From Eledone cirrhosa (lineage: Eukaryota), in the NCBI GenBank assembly GCA_964016885.1, contig OZ024743.1, positions 284,828,001 to 284,892,000 on the forward strand: a DNA stretch of 64,000 bases. The letters run 5' to 3'. Below the pieces are notes generated by a model that was given only the letters and a program-made list of their open reading frames with translations, searched no databases and was not told the DNA's origin. Both the position numbers and the translations under genes were made by a program. Positions 25,076-39,040 of the stretch are shown one piece after another. The stretch's first letter is position 1. Each line of letters begins with the position of its first letter.

Positions 25076-27448
25076 CATTTGGTGGGGACACCCTGTATAT
25101 ATGGTAACATGATATTAGTAATACATTAATAAAACTATCAGTTTTATAGACAAGATTGACAACAGTACATATTCTCCATTATTGAAAGTTGCATATGTGC
25201 CTAGTCATAGCTAATCATCAGTTTTGAATCTTTGCCTTTGATAATAAAGTTTATGAAACTGACATTTTTTAAATGTATTACTCATATCATATATATATAT
25301 ATCATCATCATCACAGTTGTTGTCATTTAACATCTGCTTTCCTTGCTAGAAAGGGTTGGACGGGTCTACATAGACCAAGTCAGTGCTGAAGTGGGGCTAC
25401 TGACCTGACAGATAACCTGGGGGGTCAGATCTGCATCTCACTTACATATGGTATTATGTTCTATCAAGTGCACAGAGGAAATTGTCATGTCTTTGCCACA
25501 ACTCTTGTTTGGCAGGCTTTCTACAGCTTGATGCCCTTTCTATAACCAACCACTTTACAGCATGTACTGAGGGAGGTTGTCATGTCCTTGACACAACTAT
25601 ATATATATAGTAAATGCATCTTCCACTGGTCCCAGTGATGAGTATTCCAGCTGATCAACTAAACCACTTACTCTTGTATTAGAATGGAAGTGGCCAAGCA
25701 TTACACAAACACATGTACTATTATTGCAATCTTTATGCAGAATTAGTATGACACAGTTTATGATGAAGCTGGTTCTTTGAATTACAGTTATAATCCATGC
25801 AAAGGGCTTCCACACAGTTTCTCTCTACTCAATTTTACTCATAAGGCATAGACCACTCTTGGGATCGTTTGTTTTGCAAAGTCATTTTCTTAATCACTAG
25901 CTATGTCGATTTAATTACCATAATAAGTGTTAAAAAATGAAACAAATTAAATGAATTCAAAGAAATTTTGCCCAGCATACTCATGGCACAGGCAAAAATA
26001 GAAACTACTTTCTTTCCACCCAAATTATAACTATATGTTGTATGAAGACATTATGTAATCATGTTTCTGATACTTAATGGAGCTCTTTGAGCCCTCATGT
26101 TGTCTTTGGATATAAGCTGATATGAATATAAGCTGAGAAATAGGCGAAAATCCAAACCCTAGTTATAAACTGAAGCAGCTAATCAACACATTATTTAGAT
26201 GGTGTATATAAGCCAACCTTCCATTTTTCCATTGATTTTTTGGTCACAAATTCCTCGGCTTATATTCAAGTATATATGGTAATACTGACATGTTCTAATA
26301 AAGATTCCAGAACTATAAAAATGTATAATCTCACTGCATATTCTTTGTATTTAGGGCTCCTCATTTTGACACTTGATATTGTTCAATCACTTATGTTAAA
26401 ATATCATCATCACCATCATCATAATCGTTTTATGCCTGTTTTCTATGCTGGCATAGATTGGATTTGTTGTAAAGATCTGAAACAGGAGGAGGTTGGAAGG
26501 ACCATATATTTTCCTACATTTCATTCTTTACATGGTTTCTCCAGTGGAATGCCTACCCTAATACCAACCCTTTTACAAGGTGTGCTAGGTATGTTTTATT
26601 ATAAGTATCAACACTACAACATTACAGAGTTTTTTGGATGCATTTGTTGCTGCACCAACACTAGAAAGGATATTGTCCCATATATTCATATAAACACAGC
26701 TTTTAAATTATTTTATTTAAAACATTTCTATTCTGTATTCATTGTGCTGAAGATTATTGTATATTCACTCCTTGCAAATATTTCAAGCATTACTTCATCA
26801 CAAATTATAATAATCTTTTTTTACTACACTTCACAGTGGATCCTTATGACTCAATGTTATTATTTATATCTATGGAAAGAAAAGAAAATCTTCACCCATT
26901 TTCTTTTCATTTTTTTTAGATAAGGAATACAATTGACTTTTTCTTATTTCTTATTTTGTAGTTTTTGCTAATATTTTCTATTTACTTGTTATGTCTTTTT
27001 AATCAAAACAACATTCTGTTGCTATTCTTTCAACTTTGTTTATTGCTGTAATTACTAAGATTATTATTATCATCATCACTATTATTATTACTATTATTAT
27101 TTCTATTATTATCATTGTTGTTGTTGTTGTTCTATCCATTTAATGTCTTCATTAATATAGCATATTTTCTAAATTGAGTCATCCCTGATGCCTTTTTTGA
27201 CTGCCCTTAAAAGAAGATGAGAATGTTACATAACTATCCTGTGTTTACAGATTTCTAAATGTTATCTTTCAACTTCATTATTCATAGCTCTTAATTTATC
27301 CTATGTAATTTTTACACAAAAGGATTTTTTTTTATTGTTGTTGTTTCTCACGTGTGTAGATTTTCACTGAAAGAAGATTAAACGTTATTTGTTTTTGTAT
27401 GTGTATGTTTTCTTTTTAGAACGATATTTCTATTTTATATATATATAC

Positions 27449-27532
<84 letters not shown>

Positions 27533-28264
27533 CTCTTGCTACTTGTTATTATTTTTAAAATAAAGTACCAGTAATACACTGGGTATTTGCTGGCCTTGTG
27601 CCTAACGTAGAAACAATTATTTTAAGAAATTTATGGTGAGATGAAGAGGCTACATTTTTTAATCATACAACTTCACTACAAATAGTTTCATATCTAATCT
27701 TCATAATTTGTAATTTTATTGATTTTTGGTGACTTTACTTCTTAAATTTATTTTTTAATATCTTACTTTTTCATTTTTGTGTGTGTGTGGTGTGGGGGGG
27801 GGGGGGGTTCAACTACTGTCTGATTCTTCTATTCATTCATATCATGTATCAAATTCCCTTTGGCATGGTAATGATAGAATTAATGGGAACTGCAAGAGGA
27901 CAACTATAATGAACCTTGCTAACTATGGTAATGAAAATCCTGTTCATTATACAGTGCTATAAGGCAGCAAGTTGGGAGAAGCAGTAGAACATCGAATTAA
28001 AAATTACAACAGTTATTTTTGGAACAAATAGTTACTATATATTTCTATTACATATTGTATTATTTCTTTGGTTACTGCACCTATAAATGATCCCCTGATT
28101 TGTTACTTTAAAATTGCCTTTAACTCTTGTGTAAAAATAGTTAGCAGGAATACACAGGAGTTTAATTCAATTGATAATACCCACTTCTCCTGCAGAAATG
28201 AACTCTTCATCTGTGACTCTTTTTTTAATGAATTTATTGAAGACTTAACTAGTTAAGAATAAAT

Positions 28265-28682
28265 AATAATAATAATGATTTCTACTATAGACTCAAGGCC
28301 AGCAATTTAGGGGCGGGGGGTGGGGGTGATTAAATCGACTCCAGTGCATTACTGGTACTTTATTTTATTGACCCCCTTAAGGATGAAAGGCAAAGTTAAC
28401 CTCAGCAGGATTTGAACTCAGAACGTAAAGGGCCATAACTCTATGCGTACTCTATATAGTATCTGAGGCTCTACTGATACTGCCAATCCATAGCTAATGA
28501 TAATAATTGTTTCTACTTTTGGCACAAGGCCAGCAAATACCCAGTACATTACTGGTACTTTATTTTATCGACTCCGTAAGGATGAATCTTGACGGGATTT
28601 GAGCTTAGACCATAAAGGGACATAACTATGCTGTAAAGCACGGCGTCCGACCCTCCACCGATACTGCCAATTCACTGCCCTA
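28265..28682 (-). mobile_element. Two tandem SINE family A copies
   Basis: Cores and heads on minus strand separated by AAT runs. Confidence 0.85.
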
Positions 28683-28739
28683 ATGATAATAATAATAATG
28701 ATAGAGTGTAATATGAGAAATCTATTAAAACATCAGTAA

Positions 28740-29695
28740 TATATCTGGCACCCAATAACTGTACATCACCAGAAGAGAAGATCGTAGGCTATTGATCACC
28801 AATGAGCAATATAAAAAGGCAGTCATGAATGTTATCTTTCTAACTCAGAAGAAGGTTTACTATGTAGCCTTGTTGATACAATCAAAACAAAATAAGTGAC
28901 AAATCAATTATCATCATCATCCACATCAATTGACTTAGACTTCAAGCAGTTAAATTTTAGCAGCAAAAATAGACATACTATGGTGAACCATGTTTCTACT
29001 TGACCAATATTTTCATAAACTGGATTCCCTGTGTATAAATAAAAGACCATATCTGACCTAAATGCACAAGTCAGTCACAAATGGGGCAGCAGAAGCAACA
29101 ATATTCATTATCTAGAAGCAAACCTTCAACTCTAGATGTATTGGAAGGAATATTCACAACTTCTACAATGACAAGTGGTACTTCTGAAAGCATTTTGTAA
29201 GATAGTGCACCACATTGTATCATGGTATCTTACACTAGCTCCAACAAAATATTCTTGGAAACACAATTATATAACACAGCTTCTCTACATATATCTAACC
29301 ACCAAATGTTAACTACTGCAAGAACTAGCTACACTTGTCTTAGAAAACAACAATGCTTAAATACTATAGAACTTTAACATACAGACAGACTACTAAATAG
29401 CACACGAGCCAGACATGATTCTCTATGACAAAAACAACATAGCAATACCAAGTGACATTAATATTGTTCAAAAGCAAACTGGAAAGCTAAAAGAATTAGA
29501 CCAATCTAACAGTTGATGGCAATTAAGGAGTGTATCTATTATTCCAGTTGTAATTAGCACAACTAGAGTGATACACAACCATTTTTCTTAGAGCATTGAC
29601 AAAAACATTACCTGTAAGGATAGACATAAGCACATCCCTAAAAGTAGATATGCTAGGATCTGTAAACATTGTTAAGGCATTCTCACACAACTTTT
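28740..29695 (+). pseudogene. Highly decayed Dong/R4 3' half
   Basis: Residual LYI.RRE..RL, PDMILYDKN, VSIIPVVISTT.VI and MLGSVNIVKAF motifs in order. Confidence 0.6.
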
Positions 29696-29898
29696 GTTTA
29701 CCATGAACATTTATTTAAACTTTAAATCATATTTGTTAACTCTGAACATTCTAACTTTGAACATTATTGTTAATGCTGTTGACCATATTGTTGTAGTAGC
29801 AAGCCAATGATCAATGTCAATTCCAATATATCTGGCAATGATCTTCAAGTGGTTCACCAGTTCTGCCTGTCTCATCACATGCAATTTACAGGGCAAAT

Positions 29899-29899
29899 C

Positions 29900-29953
<54 letters not shown>

Positions 29954-30165
29954 TTCTAATTCTGGCACAAGGCTAGCTATTTTTAGCAAAAGAGAAAGTC
30001 AATTATATTGATTCCAGTATTTGACTTGTACTTTATTTTCTTGACCTTGGAAGGATGTAAACCAGAATTGACCTTGGAAAGATTTGAACTAAGAACATAA
30101 AAGGCAGTAACTAAATGCCACAAAGCATTTTGTTCAATGCTCTAATGATTCTGCCAGTTCACCAA
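29899..30165 (-). mobile_element. (AAT)n tract plus older SINE family A copy
   Basis: (AAT)n then TTTCTAATTCTGGCACAAGGC..GATTTGAACT..CTGCCAGTTCACC. Confidence 0.75.
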
Positions 30166-30199
30166 TGCTGACCACAGTCATTTGGCACATATTTATCTA

Positions 30200-31015
30200 A
30201 ACTGACAAAGAGATAAAAGCAAATTCTAGGTATCAAGGCCTGAAATAAAAATTGTTTATACTTTACTTTGATAGACATCTTAATCCCTTCTGATCAAAAG
30301 TATTGTCTAGAAGGAGGTGAGAAAACTTTTAATGTACATGACTTTTGAAATTAAAATTAGCAGGATATGAGGCATTGAAGTGAAAACAGTACCAGTAATA
30401 ATTGGAACACTAGGTATGATAAAAAGAAATACATGAACAAAAACGTACAAGCCATACCAGGGCTCACAACATTATATACAGTCCAAACGATAACCCTATA
30501 CTAGGTACAGTTCATATCCTACACAAGGCACTTTCAATTCAAAAACACAGCTCAAACAGTACACTCTCTGCACACAACACACACTTTTTCAATTATCACC
30601 CAATAAAATAACACAGCACATACTCTACACAATTGCTATGCAATAAAATATCTTAACTTGGCACTATAACACTGACAGCTCATATTCTACTGAGTTGCCA
30701 CCCATTAATCTAACCCAACCTACACAGTGCATACTATGCACAATCACCATCAGACACTAAAACACATAACACCACATGTACAGCATATACAATATACACA
30801 CACACCACCCAACAAAATAACACAACTCACATTGCATGTATACTTCACATCAAATGAAACACTAAAATAACCTCAGAAATAAACTAATTCTCACAACACA
30901 AAACTGATGTAGTGTTCAAATACAATTCTACATCTTTAATGATGCACACACTTCATAAACACAGTAATGCACCAAGTGATGCAGTAGAAACTAGTATGAA
31001 ACTGTAGAATGATGA
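30200..31015 (+). pseudogene. Dong/R4 3' end with CA-rich 3' UTR
   Basis: KVKTVPVIIGTLGMIK..IPGLTTLYTVQ..LGTVHILHKALSIQ parallels TKTIPVVVGALGMIP..IPG..IQK..MGTAHILRKILSI. Confidence 0.75.
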
Positions 31016-31062
31016 TAAATGATGATAAATGATAATAACAATAATATTGATAATTTCTAATA

Positions 31063-31515
31063 ATAATGATTTCTAGTATAGGCACAAGGCCAGTAATTTT
31101 TTTTTTTGGGGGGGGGGGGTCGATTAAATCGACCCCAGCACATTACTGGTGCTTTATATTATCGACGCCATAAGGATGAAAGGCAAAGTTAACCTCAGCA
31201 GGATTTGAACTCAGATCATAAAGGATCGTAACTCTATGCTACAAAGTATGGCGTCCGACCCTCTGCCAATACTGCCAATCCACCAATAATAATAAGGATT
31301 TCTAGTATAGGCACAAGGCCAGTAATTTGGGGAGGGGGAGGGGAAAGTTGATTAAATCAACTCCAGTGCATTACTGGTGCTTTATTTTATTGACCCCGTA
31401 AGGATGAAAGGCAAAGTTAACTTCGGCGGGATTTGAACTCAGATCATAAAGGGCCGTAACTCTATGCTGCAAAGTATGGCATCCATCCCTCTACCAATAC
31501 TGCCAATCCACCAAT
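31063..31515 (-). mobile_element. Two tandem full-tail SINE family A copies
   Basis: Direct repeats of about 225 bp separated and flanked by AAT runs. Confidence 0.9.
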
Positions 31516-34500
31516 AATAATAATAATAATAAATTAATAAAATTTCAAGTCTGCTCACAAAAGCAAGTTATTTTCTTTTTATTATAGTTAAGCAATTTTG
31601 ACAAATTTTGTTTCTAAACATTATTATTTTCTTTGCTGTTGCTACTTTTTATTGTAAACACATATTTACACAGATTGTAATAAACCTTGCATAACAAGCT
31701 CTTAGATGCTACAAAACGAATGGTTTCATTTCCAAACTTCTTTTGCACTGTTGCTATAGTCACAGATTCAGTGTTTACACATCTTTAGTCACTGGCATAA
31801 TCATTTGGATGAGGAAAGGTCTATGCTTCATTATTTTATGGAGTGTTACCATATGCTTTATGTGTATAGAAAGCATTTTTCCTCTGCCATATTTTGGCCA
31901 TATGTTATTACATGCAGATTTGCTGAAAGCAGCTTATTAATTGCTATGAAACTTACAAATAGTGTAAAAAAAACAACAGCATAATAATGATTTTGTTTTA
32001 TTCATTTTGGGTTTTAGATTCAGATTTTTCTTTCTTTTATACCACAATCATTTAGCTTTAAATAATAGTTCATTCTAAATTTAGTGTTAATCAACATAAG
32101 GTTAGCTATATATCTTATTGGTTTAAAAAACAAATATTGAGATTTTACCTAAATAAATAACATAATCAGCCCCTAGGAGATTGTTCATCTCCATTCAACA
32201 CAAACTCTATTGCCTTTTCATCTTGAGTACATAAGCAGTACACCATGCCATGCCATTTTCTAGTTTTTGTTTGCTGTGAGCAGCTTACATTTAAAATAAA
32301 CTGAGCAGGTTGTAAATAATACTTTCAGAAGCTTATATTACTCTGGTACTACAGAAGTAATATCAGCAGCAGCTACACATTGATAAAGTCAAAGAGAAGA
32401 AGAAAAGAACAGCTTATGACCAAGCATTGTGAGGAATTGTTTTTGGTATTAATGAAACTAATAGCCGTGTCATTGCATAAGAATTATTTGAATCTAGCAA
32501 ATTTCAGTATCACTATTTGCCAATGTCCATGACAGGTGAGTGGGTGGAGTTTTGGTACACTGTTAAATTTGTGGCAAGTAGAATTTGTGGAATCTGGATT
32601 CGATTACTAAATTGCACTGGTTTTCTCATTATGATTAATATCCTTGCAGAAGTCATTAACACCACAACTTACCTTATTCATTTCTTCTAAAATCACTACT
32701 GAATTAAGAAATAATTCTATGTTAATATTTTAGGGATAAATACACAGTACAGATATGAAGAATCTAAACTTTATTTCGATTTTTGGCTGAAACAACTTCA
32801 TTTACTGCATGCAATTTTGGAATATTGCCTGTGCTTGATTTAAAAAATTGTAATATATTAGATAGATAAATCAATAGGGTACTGGGCAACCAGCTGAGAG
32901 GTTAGTGGTTTGTATCTTGCCTATTACTAGTACTGCACTGTCAGGGACCAAGGTACATATGGCCCAAACTACCCTGCTGTATATAGGTATTACAAGGATG
33001 AACTGCAAAATTGGCAAATGTTTTCATGGCTTGCTGTACTAATTTTAATTCCTCCTACAGAAAACATCAACTCAAACAGTGGTGCTTTATCCTGGAGAAG
33101 ATTTATGCTTTTAAATTGTTTATTCTGTATCAATTAAATTAGAGTTGAGATTAGTATAGTGGTTTCAGTTTAATTTCATTTGTAAGTTTTATTCCTTCAC
33201 TAAGGTTAAAGTTCATTGAGGCATTTTATTGTTCCAGTAGCTGAAGTTTATACATTTTGTTCATTTTTGTTTCTTTATTTTGAAGGAAAGGGGTTGTTTT
33301 TGTTTATTTTTATACAATATTGATAGCCTTTTTTATGAAAACTTTCTTAGAAAAAGAAAAATCTCTGAACTTGAGAAAACAATATTCAAATTTAGACAAA
33401 AGAAGAAAAAAATCCACATTTTTGATATTTTTATTTTGCATGAGAAGAAAACAATTAGATTCTTTGGTTAAGTCTTGTTTTGCATAACATTTCTTTTATT
33501 ACTAGTTTTGAAATTAATCTGTTTTCTCCATGCCATCAAAACTCTTGTTAACCATGCACAGTATTACAGCTAAGATGTTTATTGAAATAATTCTCTTCAG
33601 TGTTTATGTGTAGATTTGGTGGTGGTACCATAGGCAGACTAAACTTTTGCATTCTTCAAGATTTAGTTTTCCAAGCTCAACCACCAGTCTCTACACATCA
33701 ACCATATCAAGAAGCGAATGATCTACTTTATCCATTCATTCCGAAAAAGTGAAATGAGGAGTGAATAATATGCAGTGAAAAATAAATCTATCATATATAA
33801 GCCAAAGAATATATGACAAAAAAATCGATGGTAAAATAGGGGCCAGCTTATATTTGAGGTCAATATTTTGAGGATTTTCACCAACTTCAAATTGTACATA
33901 AATAAGGTGCTAAAATATCTGGAGTGATTATTTTACAATAAAGCGCTGTTTTTCTATATTTACTGCATCATCATGAGTGTCATTTATGCATTCCCTTGAG
34001 AACATTCCCAACAATTTTTTCTAATTTGAACTAATAATACATAAATATCCTCCACACATACATGCACACACAAATATCCATTTGGGGGCATTTTTTAAAA
34101 TTTATTATTTGTACCTTAAATTTATTTTTATGTTAAAGAATTAAACATTGTTAAACAATAACAAAGTCACATAGCATGGCTCATTCCATGTAGTTGTTTG
34201 ACTTATTCACTGTAGAAAACCAACCTACTTCCACAAACTACTAACTGTCCTTAAAATTAGAACATTAAATTTCAGCCCAAACAGAAACAAAACATTTTAT
34301 ATCTATCTGTTGACAGAATATTCTAGACTTAAGTGTTGCTTCTAAGCATTCTCTTAGCTACACCCATACCAGTTTTGAACAGAAATGATTAAGCCTCCTG
34401 GAAAACAACAAACATACATTATTCCACCGTAGAAGAAAGTACGCCCTTTTTCCACCCCAGTTATTTTATATAAGTAACAACCAACTCAAAGAACTATTAT

Positions 34501-35793
34501 TTATAGTCAAAGTTGTGGAACAATCTACTGAAGAAAGTGAAATTTGCAATAATGGGGCTGTTGAACTCTGTACAATTCCATTAACTCTGCATCTAACAAA
34601 ACATGTATAATGTTCCAATGTATTATAAAATGTAGTTCATTTGGCAGTAAGAACTGTAACTATAGCAATCAGCTTGATCAGTAAATTTCACATTCCCTAC
34701 ACCCATTTGGTTTCAACTTTTCCCACTTATTCCTGAGAGGGTACTGGGAGCAGTTGTTTAAACAGATACAAACATTCATAGCAGAGACAGTAAAGGCATC
34801 CAAGGTTAAGGTATGGAAGGACTTTAGATGAGCAAATAAAGCATTCTGGCAGAGCATCCACCATAACTTTTTGTCTCTTCTATTAAGTCAATTATAATTA
34901 ACTCTTATCTCTTCAGCTTCATCAAAGTCACTTCAATCTTGATATTGTTTATCTTCATCCTAAACCCATATTGAGTTTCTCACCAAATATATTCTGACTA
35001 AACATGTTGCCATTCTTTCTGTAGCACTAAAATGAATCTTTAAGGCACAATTTGGACCTTTTTCATAATTGCACAAACCTTATAATATCAAGATATTATT
35101 AACTAACCCTTAAACTATCCTTAACCTTTGAGTTTTTATAATAGTTTTAAATTTGTTGATGAATTCATATAAAAATTTAAAAAATAGGAAGTTTAATATA
35201 CCAAATGTAATATCTGAACAAAAGTTAGAGTAGTCATTTTGTGCAAATAACATTATTTTGATAATGCTTGAACTTATCTGGTTTGAATGCTAAAGGTTTA
35301 ACTGATCTCATAAGACCTGTGATGACTATAGGCACATCCCTTTCTTTCAGGTTAAACCAATTATAAATATCTACTCTTTGGGGGATCAGATTTTTCAGAC
35401 AGTAAATTAAGTTGTGAATCTTTTTAAAAATATAACCAAAACAATTAGTGTTCTCAAACAACAAATCTTTCTTTATAATTAGATAACTTAAATTTGAAAT
35501 AGTGAGAAAAATTATTTACTAAAAGTTATAGAAAACTGAAATAAAGTTGAACAGTTTTTAATCATCACGGTTAATGTCATAAAATATTTAGATTTAGCAT
35601 GTAGTTTACATCTTCTGTTGCTATATTAAGTGGGTTGAATAACTATATAGCAGCTCAATAAAGAAATCCAATAAGAGCAAAACAAAAATCACTGTTATAA
35701 ATTTCATGTTACTTTTCCCTGTTATATCAGAATTTAGATCTAACCTATCTAATCAAAAGGATTGAAATAAAGAAATTGAATTATTTATATTAA

Positions 35794-35810
35794 AGTAGTA
35801 GTAGTAGTAT

Positions 35811-35892
<82 letters not shown>

Positions 35893-35900
35893 TGTTGTTA
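35794..35900. repeat. (TAG)n(CAG)n(TAG)n compound trinucleotide repeat
   Basis: Tandem runs. Confidence 0.95.
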
Positions 35901-35914
35901 TTTTGTTTGCATGA

Positions 35915-36140
35915 AGCATAACAATATTTCTTGGTGAGAGTTATAATCAATTTAAGTTATCCCAATACTAGACTTGTACTGATTTTATTGAACCCCCAGA
36001 GAATTGCAAGATAAAGTCATCCCTGGTAGAATTGAACTCAGAATATAAAAGAACCACAAGGCATTCAGTAGTCTACCAATTACACCACAATGATAGAAGA
36101 AGAAGAAGAAGAAGAAGAAGAAGAAGAAGAAGAAGAAGAA
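35915..36140 (-). mobile_element. Decayed SINE family A plus (GAA)n
   Basis: GTACTGATTTTATTGA..AATTGAACTCAGAAT, then GAA run 36096-36140. Confidence 0.55.
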
Positions 36141-36915
36141 CTGCTACAAATAGGCAAGCTAAAGACATCAATCAACTTGTGAAAATGTATGGCCAAGAAA
36201 ACTGATTGAGTCAAAAGTCTTCCCACGGACAGTATTTACTCCAAAGTGAAGATGCTGATGGAGACAACCCATCAATAGCTGAGGTGATCAAAACTAAAAA
36301 CAGAGACAGAAGAATTCATACTGGTATCACAAGACAATAACATGCTCACCAAAATCTACCAAGCTTATATTTTTTTAAATGTTGCTGTCACAAAATACAG
36401 GTTTTGTGACCAAAATGAAACAATAGGCTATCTTATTTCTGGATGTTAGAGTGTAAGAAACATCATGACAGAGTAGACCAATACATACTCTGGAAGCTGT
36501 GCCACCACTACAGAATAAACAGGCATCAACACCATCCTGAGCCAGTAATAGGAGCAGATAATGTAACAATACTTTGTGATTTCCCAGTCAGCACAGACCA
36601 AATAACTTAAGTGAATAAACCACATATCATTATCATCATCAAAGATAGAAAATAGGAGAAAACCTACAAATTACTTGATATGAGTATTCCATCAAATAAA
36701 AACATTAAAAAAATTGAAAAGCTAAGCGAATACAAAGTCCTAGAAATATAGATAGAAAAGATGTGGCACCTGAAAAAGGGAACAATCCCACTCGTCATAT
36801 TAGGTATGATAATAAAATTATATATTAGCTATATCCCAAGTGAACCATCTCTTCAGAATATTCAGAAATTGCTATTGATTAGCACAGCACATATACCTAT
36901 ATTCCTATATTGATC
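36141..36915 (+). pseudogene. Decayed Dong/R4 3' region
   Basis: HGQYL..AD..KLKTETEEFILVSQD..TKIYQA, NKPHIII, LLDMSIPSNKN, EKLSEYK.LEI.IEKMWHLK..IP motifs. Confidence 0.75.
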
Positions 36916-37570
36916 TAAATCTACAGAGTATCAGTAAATTAATGTGACACTTTAAAAGTTGTCCTTTTTAATTATGTTATATACTGCTACACTTGTTTAT
37001 ATATATAGTTCTAGTCCTGTAGAAGCTCTTCTATATTAAAACTTTTATACTCTGCTATATATTGAGTGCCTTACTTACTGTGGTTATCTCCGATTCAACC
37101 CGGAATAACTTATATATATATATTGATGATGATGATATATATATATGATGATTATGATGATATATATATATATACAGTATATATATATATAACGAAGGAA
37201 GTGTGGTAAGGAACCAGGTGAACCATAATGCACCAGGGTACTCGATACTTTGGGTAATAGAGTGGGTAATAGGAAAATAGTCAGAACTCCGATGGCAGAG
37301 GTTCTAACTATTTTCCTAACAGCATTACAGAAAAATCATTGAGAAGTAGAAAATAACACTATGACTGCATCACATTAAATATTGAAGCCTTTAATGTATT
37401 GCAAATTGCTACAATGACTTGTCCATTAGTAATGATACTATAAACATTTGAATTAACAAACTCATTTTTAGATATTTTCTGGTAGATCATTACAGGATGC
37501 TAAGAGTTACAGTTGCCTGTAATTGCTAAGCTTGAGATATAAATAAGCTTCATCAAATTTCCAACAATTA

Positions 37571-37608
<38 letters not shown>

Positions 37609-37620
37609 GAAATATATATA

Positions 37621-37957
37621 TATAATAGAAAAAACAATGTAGTTTTGTTTACATATGAAAAATATTGCGTATTGGCCTGTTACATGCATTTTGCAGGGGA
37701 TTGGCTCAAGCTGACCCATTGGAGTTATGGACCTGACTCCAGTATCAATCTGCTCCTCAGACTGGTGATGCGACAAAAGATATATAAAAATATATCTTTT
37801 GTCACATCACCAGTCTGAGGAGTAGATCGATACTGGAGTCAGGTCCATACTCCTATGGGTCACTTTTAGCTAATCCTATGTGAAACGCGCGTAACAGGTC
37901 AATACACAATAAATATTTTTCATATGTAAACAAAACTACATTGTTTTTTCTATTATA
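37621..37957. repeat. Fold-back palindrome of a hammerhead-containing unit
   Basis: Arms of about 165 bp centred on GACAAAAGATATAT-AAAA-ATATATCTTTTGTC; flanked by (TA)n. Confidence 0.9.
37809..37899 (+). ncRNA. Type I hammerhead ribozyme-like motif
   Basis: Stem I ACCAGT/ACAGGT (one mismatch), CTGAGGA, long stem II, GAAAC, palindromic stem III ACGCGCGT, GUA site. Confidence 0.7.
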
Positions 37958-38022
37958 TACACTCTGCCTGTGCATAGAGTGCTTGATTTGGTACCAACAC
38001 CAGTACTTCACCATACTACCTA

Positions 38023-38121
<99 letters not shown>

Positions 38122-38123
38122 TA

Positions 38124-38340
38124 TGAGATCAACTTTGCCTTTCATCCATTTGAAGTTGATAAAAAATGTACCACTCAAGTATATCTCTTCCTCTCTTCCT
38201 TTCTTTCAATATTTTTATCTTTCTCTGGAAAACATCTGCTGTATTCAGACCTGGAGAGATGGACTCTGCCAAGTTTTAAAAGTGCCATAAAAATGTTGTA
38301 TCTCAAAACAGCAACCCTACCACTCCCTTAGAACTTATTA
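38124..38340 (+). mobile_element. SINE family C
   Basis: Homologous to 7704-7935. Confidence 0.6.
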
Positions 38341-38429
38341 GACCATGCATGCATATATATATTTATAGCTACATATCAATATTCACTATCAAGTTATACA
38401 TACAAACCATATATTTCTTTATGTAAATA

Positions 38430-38540
38430 ATTGTTTCTACTTTAAGCACAAGGCCAGCAATTACTCAGTACATTACTGGTACTTTATTTTATTGACCCCG
38501 TAAGGATGAAAGGCAAAGTTAACCTCGGCGGGATTTGTAA
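38430..38540 (-). mobile_element. SINE family A short-tail fragment
   Basis: GCACAAGGCCAGCAATTACTCAGTACATTACTGGTAC..GTTAACCTCGGCGGGATTTG. Confidence 0.8.
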
Positions 38541-38659
38541 ATAATGTGCCTGTATAATATTCCCTATTCAGGTATCTAAAAGCAACTATTCAGTTGCTTT
38601 CTATTGCCTTAGACCATACCCGAGGCAAGTGATTGCGTGAAATGGTTAAAGAAGGTACA

Positions 38660-38941
38660 GTAATAATTGTTTCTATCTTTGGCACAAGTTTTACTTTAAG
38701 CACAAGGCCTAAAATTTGGTAGAAGGGGAAAGTCGATCACATCGACTTCAGTATGTAGCTTGCATTTTATTTTAACAACCCAATAGAGATAGACCAAGGA
38801 AGACTTGGGCAGAGGTGGTAAGAGATGATTTCAAATCACTGTGATTCATAGAGGAGATGACAAAGGAATATGGCTGTGAGATTCTGTGCTGAAAAGGACC
38901 TAACTAGCCCATGCAAGCATGGAAAAATGGATGTAAAAACA

Positions 38942-38973
<32 letters not shown>

Positions 38974-39040
38974 AGGCAAAGTTGACCTTGACAGGATTTG
39001 AACAGAAAATGTAGAGCTGTAACTAAATGTCTGCCAATCT
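38660..39040 (-). mobile_element. SINE A interrupted by a plus-strand RTE 3' end (about 38790-38971)
   Basis: SINE halves resume at GATGAAAGGCAAAGTTGACC after the inserted (GAT)n tail. Confidence 0.7.

Noticed and set aside
26240-26923. 227-aa ORF with a poly-His run
   Set aside because: The His run is a (CAT)n RTE-type tail; the remainder is AT-rich sequence with no recognisable domain
35811-35848. PolyQ coding exon
   Set aside because: The (CAG)n is embedded in (TAG)n runs, in frame with stops, with no exon context
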